Of a stretch of DNA of 64,000 nt, positions 40,248 to 51,166 are shown one piece after another. Location: contig CAWGJO010000021.1 in NCBI GenBank assembly GCA_963822945.1, forward strand, positions 256,001 through 320,000, given 5' to 3'. Both the position numbers and the translations under genes were made by a program. Under the pieces are notes generated by a model. The model ran no database searches. It had not been told where the DNA came from and saw only the letters and a program-made list of their open reading frames with translations. How positions within the stretch are numbered: the stretch's first letter is position 1; each line of letters opens with the position of its first letter. This DNA comes from an uncultured Gemmatimonadaceae bacterium. GTDB taxonomy: Bacteria > Gemmatimonadota > Gemmatimonadetes > Gemmatimonadales > Gemmatimonadaceae.

Positions 40248-41279
40248 ATGGAACCGTGGTCCCACGAGTACGCGGGCCGCATCGAGGAGATCGTCTTCGA
40301 GAGCGAGCTATTGAAGGATAACCCTCTAGGCGACCCACACGTCCGGCCGCTGTGGGTCTACTTGCCGCCCGGCTACGACGACACGCCCAGCCAGCGCTAT
40401 CCGGTGGTGTATGCGATCCAGGGGCTCACCGGGCAGCTGGACATGTGGAAGAACCGCTATCCGTTGCGCAAGAACTTCCCGGAGCTCGCCGACCAGCTGT
40501 TCGCGGCAAAGAAGGCGCCGCCCTGCATCGTGGTGTACGTGGATTGCTGGACGCGCCTGGGCGGCAGCCAATTCCTCGACTCCCCAGGCACGGGCGAATA
40601 CCACAGCTATCTGTGCAACGAGGTCGTGCCCTTCGTGGACGACAAGTTCCGCACGCTGCCGAGCGCGGCCCACCGCGGCATCATGGGCAAGTCCAGCGGG
40701 GGCTACGGAGCCATGGTCACGCCCATGCTGCGCCCGGATCTGTTCGGCGGGCTCGCGACCCACGCCGGAGACGCGCTGTTCGAGACCTGCTACCAGCCGG
40801 CGTTCCGCGATGCCGTTCGCGCGCTGCGCGATCATTGCGACGGTAGCTTCGAGGCATTCTGGGCACGGCAGCGCACGTCGACGCCACTGCGCGAGCCGTG
40901 GGAGATGCATCTATTGAACGACTACTGCATGGCTGCTTGCTATTCGGCGGAGGAAGACGGCACGGTCCGGCTTCCCTACGACACGGCCACCGGCCGGATA
41001 ATCCCGGAAATATGGGAGCGTTGGCTGGCGTGGGACCCGGTTCGGATGGTGTCCAAGCATGGGCCTGCGTTGCGCGGCCTGCGCGCCATCTACATCGACG
41101 CCGGCCACCGCGATCAGTACTTCCTGGATCTCGGGGCCGAGGCGTTCCGCCGGGAGCTGGATGCCATTGGCGTGGGCGAGGTGTACTTCGAGTTGTTCGA
41201 CGCGACCCACTCCGCCATCGAGTACCGCTACCCGCTAGCCCTCCGCTATCTGGCCGATCGCCTCAGCCCCGCCCCCTGA
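40248..41279 (+). CDS. Alpha/beta hydrolase, enterochelin-esterase-like
   Basis: VYLPPGYD, GKSSGG nucleophile elbow, YIDAG, terminal H. Confidence 0.88.
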   Translation: MEPWSHEYAGRIEEIVFESELLKDNPLGDPHVRPLWVYLPPGYDDTPSQRYPVVYAIQGLTGQLDMWKNRYPLRKNFPELADQLFAAKKAPPCIVVYVDCWTRLGGSQFLDSPGTGEYHSYLCNEVVPFVDDKFRTLPSAAHRGIMGKSSGGYGAMVTPMLRPDLFGGLATHAGDALFETCYQPAFRDAVRALRDHCDGSFEAFWARQRTSTPLREPWEMHLLNDYCMAACYSAEEDGTVRLPYDTATGRIIPEIWERWLAWDPVRMVSKHGPALRGLRAIYIDAGHRDQYFLDLGAEAFRRELDAIGVGEVYFELFDATHSAIEYRYPLALRYLADRLSPAP

Positions 41280-41362
41280 AAGCGTCCGGACGAAGCCCGC
41301 GAGGCGTCCGGACAAACCGCGGATTTCCCCAAAGAACACCGCAAAAGTCCCGGGATTTGCCC

Positions 41363-41378
41363 TGGCACGGGGACTGCT
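41363..41378 (+). promoter_or_regulatory. Sigma54 (-24/-12) promoter TGGCACGGGGACTGCT
   Basis: GG-N10-GC spacing immediately upstream of the SpoIID-like gene. Confidence 0.55.
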
Positions 41379-41391
41379 TTGGACACTCCCC

Positions 41392-42507
41392 ATGCGCATC
41401 CAATCCCTGCTCGGTCCCCTCGTCCTCGTGGCCCTCGCTTCCGGCTGCTCCGCGGCCACGGGAGACCCGACCGAGACCGGAGAGGGGACCGGACGCGCCG
41501 CCGAGCGAGTCAGCCAGGTCTCCAGCGCCTATTGCAGCATCCAGGTGAGCGGCCACGGGTCCGTGGACATGGAGCTGGACTACCTGCCGCACGTGATCGC
41601 TTGCGAGAACAACGGAGCCGGACTCGAAGCGTTGAAGGCGCAAGCAATCGCTGCGCGCAGCGTGGCCTACTACAACATGGCGACCCAAGGCTCGATCTGC
41701 GATGGCCAAGGGTGCCAGGTCTACAGCTGCAGCAACAAGCCGGGCCCCCTGCACTACCAGGCCGTGGCCGAGACCGCCCAGCAGTACTTGTCCTATTCGA
41801 ACATGCTCACCTACGGCTTCTACGTGGCCGGGGACTCCGGCGTGTCGGGTCCGGCCTGCGTGGATAGCGGCGGCTCCACCACGAAGTGGGTGACTTTCAA
41901 CGACGGAAAGTCCGGCACCAGCGTGACCCAGACGAAGCTCGGCTACGTCGGTCCGCCCGGCTTCGGCCAGAACCGCGGGTGCATGAGCCAGTACGGAGCG
42001 CGCTGCCTGGAGGACAACGGCCACAACTACGTGGGCATCCTGCGCTTTTACTACGGCAACGACATCAACGTGATCACCGCTCCCGGCAACTGCGACGTTC
42101 CGACCGTGGATCCCGGCACGCCCACGCCGACGCCGGACCCGACGCCCGAGCCCACTCCGGAACCCACGCCGGATCCGGGCGGCACGCCTCCGGCGCCGAG
42201 CGCCGGCTCCTGTCAGGGATTGTGCGGCAGCCCCAACGCGGCGCCCGGCTCGAGCCCTAGCTGCTACTGCGACGACCAGTGCACCGGCTACGGCGACTGC
42301 TGCCAGGATTTCACCGCGGCCTGCGGCTCGACACCGCCCGCACCGCCGCCGGAACCGACCCCCGCGCCCTCGCCCAGTGGCGGAAGCTGCATGGGTCAGT
42401 GCTGGAGCTCGACCCCCGCGGCCGGCTCGAGCCCCGCTTGCTACTGTGACGCGTCTTGCATCGGTTTCGGCGACTGCTGCGCCGACTTCGTGCCCGCCTG
42501 CCTGTGA
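41392..42507 (+). CDS. Lipoprotein with SpoIID/LytB domain, PT linker and two somatomedin-B-like Cys domains
   Basis: LASGC lipobox; DYLPHVIACE…EALKAQAIAARS, MSQYGA, ILRFYY; two SC.G.C…CYCD..C…GDCC.DF…C modules. Confidence 0.82.
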   Translation: MRIQSLLGPLVLVALASGCSAATGDPTETGEGTGRAAERVSQVSSAYCSIQVSGHGSVDMELDYLPHVIACENNGAGLEALKAQAIAARSVAYYNMATQGSICDGQGCQVYSCSNKPGPLHYQAVAETAQQYLSYSNMLTYGFYVAGDSGVSGPACVDSGGSTTKWVTFNDGKSGTSVTQTKLGYVGPPGFGQNRGCMSQYGARCLEDNGHNYVGILRFYYGNDINVITAPGNCDVPTVDPGTPTPTPDPTPEPTPEPTPDPGGTPPAPSAGSCQGLCGSPNAAPGSSPSCYCDDQCTGYGDCCQDFTAACGSTPPAPPPEPTPAPSPSGGSCMGQCWSSTPAAGSSPACYCDASCIGFGDCCADFVPACL

Positions 42508-42513
42508 CAGTCG

Positions 42514-44822
42514 CTAGCGGCCGAGCGCCTCGGCGCGGTTGACGATGCGCGGCGTCAGGAAGATGACGAGCTCCCCACGGCTGTCGCTCGCGCGACGCCG
42601 CTGGAAGAGCAGCCCGATCAGCGGAATGTCTCCGAAGAACGGCACCTGGTCGTAGGTTGCGACCGGTGTTGCGTGTGAAGATACCGCCGATCACCGCGGT
42701 GTGACCGTCCATCACCAACAGGTCCGTTTCCGCCTCACGCTTGAGGATGGTCGGATCGCCGCGAGGTGACGTCTGGTTGAAGTCCGGCTCGTCGCGATTG
42801 ATCTTCACCTTCATGCTGATGCTGCCGTCCGCCGTCACGTGCGGCTTCACGAGCAGCTGCAGCTTCGCTTCCTGGAAGGTCGTCTGCACGCCCTGAGCAC
42901 TGATCTGTGAGAACGGGATCAAGGTGCCCTGGCTGATTCGCGCCTGTTGGTTGTCCATCGTCAGGATGCGCGGGCTGGACAGAATCCGCAGCATGCCGCT
43001 GGACTCCGCCGCTGACAGGCGAACCGCCAGGTTGATGGTGTTGTCGATGGACCCGAAGGAAAGCCCGATGGCGCCGCCTTGTCCGGTACCGACCGTGGCG
43101 GGCAGGTTGACCGCGAAGTTCGGATTGGGAACCGAGTTGGAGAACGGCGACAGACCCGCAGTGGGCGTGTTCGAGTCGCTGGCACCACCTACCAGACCAA
43201 CGGAGTTCGGAAACACCAGGCCCGTCGAGTTGCCCGTGGCACCAGAGAAGGTGGCGTCACCGCCCCACTGAATGCCGACGTCGCGCAGATAGCGGCTCGT
43301 AGCCTCCACGATGCGCGCTTCGACGAGCACCTGCGGTGTCTGAGTGTCCAGGGACCGCGTTAGCTCTTCGATCTGGTTCAGGTTGCCAGCGACGTCGCGC
43401 ACGATCATCACGTTGGTGCGCTCGTCTACCGCGATGGTCCCGCGTTCGACTGAGCAGATCCTTGGCTCGCGCTTGGATGTCCCCGGCGTTGGCGTAGCTC
43501 ACCGGAATGAGCCGCGTCTCGATGGGAGCGAGCTGCATTTCCTGCTTGCGCCGCGCAATGGCCATCTCGCGCTCTTTCTCCAGATCGGAGAGCGGTGCCA
43601 CGCGGATCATGTTGCCCTGGCGCACCATGCCCAGGCCTTTGGCTTGAAGCACCACGTCCAAAGCCTGATCCCAGGGCACGTTGCGCATGCGAATCGTGAC
43701 GCTGCCCGACACGTTGTCGGCGGTGACGATGTTCACTCGACCGACGTCCGCGAGCAGCCGGAGCACGTTGTGAACGTCAGCGTCCTTCAGGTCCAAATCG
43801 ACACGGCGGCCCGTGTAGCGTCCGCGCGCCTGACCCAGGATCCCAGGGCTGACGGCGGCGGCTTCGTCGCCCGCCGTTCGCTCCACGGCGCCTTCGGCAT
43901 AGCCGTCGTGAACCTTGGGAATGTCGGCGAATTCCGGCTCCACGTAGACCGTGCGCGTCTTGCGCGCGACGCCTCCATCGCGAGCCACGCCAGTCACGCT
44001 GGAAGGCAGCGCGCCGGGCTTGTAGAACGACCAAACCAGGCTGTTGCCGCGCTTGGCGACGTGATTTTCCGACTCGCCGGCCTCGACCTCGATCACCACC
44101 TCGTCGCTGGAGCCATCGGGCGCGTAGCTGGACACCGCGTTGATGGTTCCGCCAAACGCCGTGGCATCCAGAGTACGCGTCAGGGCCTTGGGCAAGCTGG
44201 CGCCGTCCAGCACCAGGCGCGCACGGTTCTTCCCGCTCTTGCCCAGCCGATAGCGCACGCCCTGCGACAGGTCGATCACGACGTCGTCCTGACCCGCCTT
44301 GTGCTCGAAGCGCACGTCGGAGACCCGCGCCACCCCGGTGGGGGCCTCGGGCTCCGCCGCTTTCAGCGTGATGGGCTTCTTCTCGTCCAGCACGCCGAGC
44401 TTGCCGGGCTTGAAGACCACGACCAGCTTGGTGCCTCGCACGCTGACCGAGTACTTTGCGTCCTTCAGCAACGTGACGAGCACACGGGTCGTCTTGGACC
44501 CGGCGTTGTCGAAGGTCTGGGCGAGCACGCCGCCGATCACGCCGGCGTGCTTGGTAACCGCTCCGGGTGCCCCACGGATGTCCGCATCCGGCACGTCGAT
44601 GATGAGCCGCTTGCGTTGCTTGTCCAAGCGCGCGGAGAACGTGGGCGCCGCGGTGAAACTCACAATCACCTGAGCGGCCCCGGTATTTCCCGTGGGCGCG
44701 ACTTGAATTCGAGTCGCATGCCTCGAGGCGCTACCAGCCGCTTCGGCGCGGCTGGGCGTCAGGATGGCAAGCGCCAGGCCCAGAGAGAGGGCGCTGGTAA
44801 GACGGGGCGAAGTCCACCTCAT
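42514..44822 (-). CDS. pilQ: Type IV pilus secretin with AMIN domains (frameshifts)
   Basis: DLDLKDADV, NVPWDQALD, PQVLVEARIVE, SSPRILT.DN, TAVIGGIF, VPFFGDIPLIGLLF, FLTPRIV. Confidence 0.95.
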
Positions 44823-45005
44823 GGTCAGGCTCCGATCAACGGAATGGCCGATAAAACGCTGTTCAATGGTTCTGCGACCATTCGACGCGAAATCCTAACT
44901 GGTGTGGCCCATCACGAACAAATTCCGAGCCTTTCGTGACGACGCTTAGTTAAGTGGCGGTCCGCGAGCACACCCTCGCCAGCGCAGGTACGCCGCGCGC
45001 GACGC

Positions 45006-45608
45006 TCACTCGCCGTCGACGACGGTGCCTTCGGGGCGCAGTGGAATGACGCGTGTCGCGCTGGGAACGTCAGGGTTCTTCGGATCTTCACGCACGAGAA
45101 CGATGTCCCCGTCGCGGATGCGGTCTACTCGCCAGTTAATCTCGTAAGAAGCTCCCGAGCCCGTCCCCGCTTGAACCACCTCGGGCCGACCGATGTACTG
45201 GCCACGCTGAACGACATGGCCCTTGCCGGTCGGATCCACCAGCATCGCCTTGGCGGGGTGGATACCGGTGACGATGCCGATGAGCTTGAGCTCGTCGACG
45301 TTGTACTGATCCAGCAACACCTCGCGCTGCGACTTCACCTTGCCGCGGGCCTCGTCGACGAAGGTGTTCGCATAGGACCGAAACGGGTCTCGGCTTCGCT
45401 CGTTCTCCGCGAATTCTGCCTCTTGAAAGTCGATCTTGGGGGGCGTGACGGCGCCATCTCCGGCGCCGCCGTCCACCGCTGCCACGGCCTTGGCGGATCC
45501 AGCAGGCCCACCACCGCCGCTGGTTGGCTTGGCGATCTCTTCGGCGCAAGCCGTGACGGATACGGCAAAAATACCGAGAAAAGCGGCCCGAAGCCAGAGC
45601 GCGCTCAC
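45006..45608 (-). CDS. pilP: Type IV pilus lipoprotein PilP
   Basis: SVTAC lipobox, RDPF, LDQYNVDELKLIGI, AMLVDPTGKGH. Confidence 0.9.
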   Translation of the reverse strand: MSALWLRAAFLGIFAVSVTACAEEIAKPTSGGGGPAGSAKAVAAVDGGAGDGAVTPPKIDFQEAEFAENERSRDPFRSYANTFVDEARGKVKSQREVLLDQYNVDELKLIGIVTGIHPAKAMLVDPTGKGHVVQRGQYIGRPEVVQAGTGSGASYEINWRVDRIRDGDIVLVREDPKNPDVPSATRVIPLRPEGTVVDGE

Positions 45609-46228
45609 TTCTTGGGCCCTCCCGGCTGCTGTCGCTGGTCGCGTTTGTCCACCTTGCCCTTGCCTTCTTCCAAGGCGCGGAATGCCGTAGCTAGCACCTC
45701 GACCTTCACGTCCACCTCGTCGCCTTCGGGCTTGGGGTCCGTGATCGAGATGTTCTCCATGTTGATGATGCGGTCCAACTGCCCCACCCCGTAGAAGAAC
45801 TTGGCGACCTGGTGAAAGCGGCCCGTTAGCTCGAGCTTCATGGGGACACGGGCGTAGAACTGCTCGGGGATCTCTTCTTGCGGCGTCCAAGCGGAAAGGC
45901 TCACGCCACTCACGTTTGCGACGGACTGAAGTGAGCTCAAGAACGACGGGTACTCGGTCGTGGCCGGCAAGATCTTCTGGAGCTCACGCTGACGCTGCTG
46001 CCGGTCCGTGAGCTCGGCGAGATCCTTTTGGTAGGCGAACTCGTTCTTGCGCGCCTCGGCGAGATCGCCGCGAAGCTGGCGTTCGCGTCCTTGCGCTGCC
46101 TTGATGCTGCTGGCGAGGTCACCGTAGAACACGACGAAGTAGGCCACGCCGACCAACACCAAGAGGCCGGCGCCGATGCCGAGCTTGGCCAGCAGGGGCA
46201 GGCGGGCGAGGCTGGATTCCTTGGCCAT
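45605..46228 (-). CDS. pilO: Type IV pilus assembly protein PilO
   Basis: N-terminal TM, coiled coil, FYARVP, G.FHQV..FF, RIIN. Confidence 0.92.
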   Translation of the reverse strand: MAKESSLARLPLLAKLGIGAGLLVLVGVAYFVVFYGDLASSIKAAQGRERQLRGDLAEARKNEFAYQKDLAELTDRQQRQRELQKILPATTEYPSFLSSLQSVANVSGVSLSAWTPQEEIPEQFYARVPMKLELTGRFHQVAKFFYGVGQLDRIINMENISITDPKPEGDEVDVKVEVLATAFRALEEGKGKVDKRDQRQQPGGPKK

Positions 46229-46866
46229 CAGTACCTCACCTGGGCTTCCAGCTGGAAACGTACGACTTCCAGGCCGGAGTCCTTGTCCTTCTCCGTTTTG
46301 GCCGGGAGCAGCCGCACGTCGAAGAAGTAGCTGGACAGATTCATCCGCCGCGCGAGCTCGCTGACGTCCTCGCCGTCGCGTGCGACGCCTTCGAGGCGCA
46401 CGTTTCGCTGCTGCTCCACGAATCTAGTGAGCCACAGTCGGCGCGCGTCCCATCCCGGGTTGTAAACCGCCAGTGGGTTCTCTTTGCGGATTTGGGCCAG
46501 ACGATCCGGGTCCACGCTGGGCCCCCGTCCCGGCGTGAGTATCCGGGCGAGCTCGAGCATCACTGCCGTAGGACCAGTGCGGGCGCTCTGCAGCTTGGCG
46601 ATGGCATCTTCCCGAGCACGGAGCTGCTCCAGCTGCTCCTTGACCCTCGCGTGGTTGGCTACCGCGCGCTTGGACGTCTCGATCTGGTTGGTCAGCTCCG
46701 CGTTCTTGCGGTTCTGATCCTTGAGCTCTTCGCTCTTGATGCCGTGGAACACGAACAAGCCACCGGCCTCGAAGATGAAGAGCACCAGAACCACGACCAG
46801 CCACATCTGGCTGGCTTCGGTTCGCTCAGCCCGCTTCTTCTGCGGGAGTAGATTGATTCTGATCAC
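46228..46866 (-). CDS. pilN: Type IV pilus assembly protein PilN
   Basis: MIRINLLP motif, TM, coiled coil. Confidence 0.92.
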   Translation of the reverse strand: MIRINLLPQKKRAERTEASQMWLVVVLVLFIFEAGGLFVFHGIKSEELKDQNRKNAELTNQIETSKRAVANHARVKEQLEQLRAREDAIAKLQSARTGPTAVMLELARILTPGRGPSVDPDRLAQIRKENPLAVYNPGWDARRLWLTRFVEQQRNVRLEGVARDGEDVSELARRMNLSSYFFDVRLLPAKTEKDKDSGLEVVRFQLEAQVRY

Positions 46867-47940
46867 GCCCGGCTCTCCTTTTCCTTACGGAGCGAGAGCC
46901 CCAGGGCGACGCCGAGCTGAGCCGCACGGCTCTGCAGCACGTTGGCCGCCACTTCCTTGGCGTCCACGATGATGCGTTCCACCGGGGACCAGACCTCGGT
47001 AGGAACGCGAGCCCTGCGCTCGACTGCTTGGGCCAGGCTGCGACAAATTCGCGGTGCCGCCCGTCACGAAAATTCGGGTAATTTCTGCTTCCCCGCTGGT
47101 AGCCATGAAGAAGTCCAGACTGCGCTGGATTTCGGCGGCAATCGCGTCGGAAACGGACTCGATGATCTGCACGACTTGCTGCGGCACCATGCCGGCGCGA
47201 TACGGGTCGTTGGGATCTGCGGGCCCCCCGCACTTGTACGCTTCGGCTTGCTCGAAGGGCACACCGAGCTGCTTCTGGATTTCGTCGGTTATGACGTTGC
47301 CACCGTTGGCGATTTCCCGCGTGAACGCACTCACGCCACCGGCGATGATGTTCAGCGACGCCAGGCTGGCACCCACGTTGATCAATGCGATGGTGTTGTC
47401 CGGCGGCAAGCCGCGGGAGAACTCGAACAAGTTCTGCACCGTGAAAGCGTCGATATCGCAGACCACGGGCTTGAGCCGCGCGTCGCGGGCGAGCTGCGCG
47501 TAGTCGTTGATCTGATCGCGCTTTGCCGCGACCAGGAGCAGGTCCATCTGGCTCGCCTCGGGGCGCCGCCTGAGAACCTGGTAGTCCACCTGCACGTCCT
47601 TGATGTCGAACGGAATGTGCTGCTCGGCTTCCCAGTGAATCTGCTCGTCCAGCTCCGCCTGAGTCATCATCGGCACGGTGATCTTGCGGATGATGACGCT
47701 CTGGCCGGAAACGCTGATGGCGCATTCCTTCTGCCGGATCTTGGAGTCGTGAAACACGCGCTGAAGCGTCTCGATGACATTCGAGGCGTCCATCACCTGA
47801 CCATCCACGATGGTCTGCGGGGCGAGCGGGGCAAAACCGAGGCGCAGAAGGCTGGGCCCTTTCCGGGTCTCCTTCAGCTGGCAGACCTTGATCGAGCTCG
47901 TCCCGATATCGACCCCGACCAGATTCTTCCCTTCGCCCAT
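46863..47940 (-). CDS. pilM: Type IV pilus assembly protein PilM (frameshifts near 3' end)
   Basis: VGVDIGTSSIK, EAEQHIPF, INVGAS, FTREI..GG, EIQRSLDFF, VTGG. Confidence 0.95.
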
Positions 47941-48169
47941 TTCGCCTCGATGGCCGCGGGTGTCCCGGGACCCGGGGTCCCAAACACTCCTTTGGAGATT
48001 ACCGGGACAAACTTTGGCACTGTCGGAGTAAAGACGCCAAAAAAGCGGGACTGGATTGCACCGTTAATGTCCGGGCAGCCACCCCGGCCCTGCCCCGCCG
48101 ACATCATCCTCCGCTTTTTTGGGCTTTCGGCCGAGGCGTGTAAGAGCTATCCGCCGAAGGCTCGACCCG

Positions 48170-49171
48170 ATGCCCAGACTGGCGCCCGTCCTGCTACTGA
48201 CCCTGATGTCCGCCCTAGCTGCGCCCAGTGCGCTGGCAAAGGCGAAGCATGAAAAGCCCACGGCAGTGCGCACGCACGTCGTGTACCCGGGGCAGACGCT
48301 CGGGATGATCGCCAAGCGCTATCGCATCAGCGTGGACGCTCTGTGCCGCGCCAACGGCATCCGGCAAAAGAGCCCGATCCGCCCGAAGCAGAAGCTGGCA
48401 ATCCCCCCGCCAGACGACAAAGACGGCAGCCAAACGGCCGAGAAGCTGGCGAAGGCCGAGCACGCCACCAAGACTCACCGAGGCAAGAAGGCTGACAAAG
48501 CCGGGAAAGCCGAGCCGGCCACCAAGCCGGCCAGCTTGCACTTGTCGCCCAAGAAGGCGAAGCGGACCAAGAAGGAAAAGGACCCCTACGCCCGCCGCCC
48601 CCGCCGGCGTGGGTACCTGGACCTGACCAGCTTCAGCGGAAAGTGGCGCGGGTACGCCGTGCGCAAGGGCAAGGTCACCAATCAGGCGCGAGCTGGATTC
48701 GATCGCGTGCTGGCCTCCTGGCGCACTGGGCAGCGGGAGCACATCCACGAGCGGCTGATCCGCATGCTCACCAAGGTCAGCGACCATTTTGGCGGCCGCC
48801 CGATCAAGGTGATCAGCGGCTACAGGCCGTACCGGCCCACCCAGTACACCCCCCATTCCCGCCACAACGCGGGCCATGCCGTCGACTTCCACATTCCGGG
48901 CGTACCCAACGAGGTCGTCCGCGACTACTGCCGCTCTCTGCCCAAGGTCGGCGTGGGCTACTACCCGAACTCCACCTTCATCCACATGGACGTGCGGGAG
49001 CTGCGCACCTACTGGATCGACTACTCCGGCCCCGGCGAAGCGCCGCGCTACGCCAACTCGAAGGGGCAGGATCCTGCGCTGTCATCCAAGAAGGCGCCGG
49101 AGCACGACGACGGCGACGACGACAAGCACGACGGCCCGGCCCAAGGCACCAAACCGGGCAACGACGGCTAA
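48170..49171 (+). CDS. LysM + DUF882/peptidase M15 family protein
   Basis: HVV.PGQTL..IAKRY LysM; VISGYR, SRHNAGHAVDF, GVGYYPNSTFIHMDVR. Confidence 0.88.
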   Translation: MPRLAPVLLLTLMSALAAPSALAKAKHEKPTAVRTHVVYPGQTLGMIAKRYRISVDALCRANGIRQKSPIRPKQKLAIPPPDDKDGSQTAEKLAKAEHATKTHRGKKADKAGKAEPATKPASLHLSPKKAKRTKKEKDPYARRPRRRGYLDLTSFSGKWRGYAVRKGKVTNQARAGFDRVLASWRTGQREHIHERLIRMLTKVSDHFGGRPIKVISGYRPYRPTQYTPHSRHNAGHAVDFHIPGVPNEVVRDYCRSLPKVGVGYYPNSTFIHMDVRELRTYWIDYSGPGEAPRYANSKGQDPALSSKKAPEHDDGDDDKHDGPAQGTKPGNDG

Positions 49172-49513
49172 GCCTTCACGCGCTTGCGCTTGATGACGCG
49201 CTCCGGCTCTGCTCGCACGATGGCATTCGTCTCGGCGTCGCGGTACCGAACCTGACACGTGAGCTTGCCGCCGGGGGCGAACAGGCTGGCAGCATCGTCG
49301 TACATGTAGCGAATCTCCCTGCGCAGCCCTTCTTTGGCGGCTGTTTCCGCTTCTGGAGAGTCCTCGTCCGTGCGCCACTTGCCGATGTGGGGCGGCAGCG
49401 CCTCCAGCTTGCCCAGCCGCTGCTCGGCGAACCCGGGCACCTCGCGCAACATCAACCCCAGGTACAGGGCCACGGCCAGCCACCGCCAAGATCACCAAGA
49501 ACGCAACGAGCAC
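49168..49513 (-). CDS. Small hypothetical membrane-anchored protein (one frameshift)
   Basis: Hydrophobic N-terminus joined to ORF 49168..49473. Confidence 0.55.
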
Positions 49514-49552
49514 GGCGGGAGACTACGACTTTTCGCCGGCGTTTTCCAGGGC

Positions 49553-50175
49553 TCAGTTGCACTGGGCCTGCGCCTGAGCCTCCCAGTTGTCCGAGCACGT
49601 GCCCGCCACCACGAATTGTTTGCCGGCACCGCTCCCGATGGTGCAGGTGCACGTCATCGAGCCGGGCTCCACCTGGCATTCCGCAGCCCAATTGACGTAT
49701 TTGCCCACGCAGCTCGCACTGCAGCTGGTCGCCGAACCGCCGCCGCTGCAGCTCGGCAGGCAGGATTCCAACGCGCTCATGAGTGGCTTGCATGCGGGCG
49801 GCGCAACTGGATCGCCACTCTGGTCACAGACCATCCCCTCCGCCAGCAAGCACTGGAGTGCCTGCCGAAGCTCGAGGGTGCACTGGGCCAGTTCGAGCCT
49901 CGGCGACGCTTTCGGTCACCTGAGCGTTGCAATCGGTGAGAGCGCAGGGCAGCGCTTCCACTTGTTTGCACAGCGCGTCGATCTTGGAAGGGATGTCGCC
50001 CCCGGACCCGCCGCTGCCAACCGCTCCCCCTCCGCCACCGCCACCGGCTCCGCCATTCCCGCCGGTCGCTGTGCCACCGGCCGCAGCCCCCGGCGCCGCC
50101 CTCCGCTTTGCCCCCACAGGCGGTCAACACGAGCGCGGCGAGGAGCGCGCCAAAGCCCAATCGCTGCTTCCCCAT
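49553..50175 (-). CDS. Cys-rich lipoprotein (frameshifts)
   Basis: LVLTACGG lipobox, Gly linker, many Cys across three ORF pieces. Confidence 0.6.
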
Positions 50176-50232
50176 CGCGGGGATTTTCCCACTGGACTGT
50201 CGCGGTAACCAGACAATCCGCATAATCCGGCG

Positions 50233-51098
50233 ATGGCGGCAGGAAAAAGATGGCTGGGCGCAGCCAAAGAAGTCACCCGAGATGCTTTCAGGATGTTCTC
50301 GGAGCGCGGCGCACGCTTGCTCAGCGGCTCGATCGCCTTCTACGCCCTGGTCTCCGTGGTTCCCATTCTGGTCATCGCGCTACGCGTGGCAGGCTCCTTC
50401 GTGAACGACGCGGCGGCCGCCTCCGCGCTGCGCTCCGATCTCTCGCGCTGGGTCGGCGCAACGGGGCGCAAACACGGTGCTGTCGCTGGTGTCGACGGCC
50501 CAGCACCACACGGGCTCCAGCTGGTCTGGCGCGCTGAGCGCTGTGGTGCTGGTCTACGCGTCGACCCGGCTCTTTTCGCAGCTGACCCGCGCGCTGGACA
50601 TGCTGTGGCAAGTCGAGACGCCCGGCTCGAAGCACGGGCGTCTGGGCGACGGTGCGAAGCCAGCTCGTGCGCCGCTCCTTGGCTTTCGTCATGGTACTCG
50701 GCGATCGGGTTGCTCTTGGTCGGCGACACGCTGTTGCACATGGGTTTCGCCGCATCGCGCCAGATCGGAGGTTGAACGCGACTGAGGTCTCCAGGGCGCT
50801 GGAGGCGACGGTATCGCTTTCAGTAGCCGTCGCCCTGTTCTCTCTCATGTTCCGCCTACTGCCGCAGGCGAAGGTCACCCTGGGCGACGCTCTGCTCGGC
50901 GGCGCCGTCACCGCGCTGCTCTTCACCGTCGGCTCCTTGGCCATAACCGCCTACGTGACGCGCAGGGACGTGTCCCTGTACGGGGCCGCCAGCAGCATCG
51001 TCATGTTGCTGATGTGGGTGAACTACAGCGCGCATGTCTTCTTCTTGGGTGCATCATTCACCTGCGCTCACGCTCGCAGGCGCGGCAGCCTGCGCTGA
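50233..51098 (+). CDS. YihY/BrkB family inner membrane protein (frameshifts)
   Basis: SIAFYALVSVVP, YGAASSIVMLLMWVNYSA.VFFLGA. Confidence 0.85.
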
Positions 51099-51166
51099 GC
51101 CGCTCCTGGCTTTTGCAGGGCGGCGGCGGGTTGACCTCGGACGGCCGCGCACCATCCACTAGCGAG

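Noticed and set aside
41281..41316. GCGTCCGGAC repeat/hairpin after the esterase as another REP-like unit
   Set aside because: Only short word matches to the family; more likely a terminator-like hairpin or an activator-binding site upstream of the sigma54 promoter.
44967..44981. Possible sigma54 promoter upstream of pilQ (TGGCGAGGGTGTGCT, minus strand)
   Set aside because: GG-to-GC spacing is 9 nt rather than the required 10.
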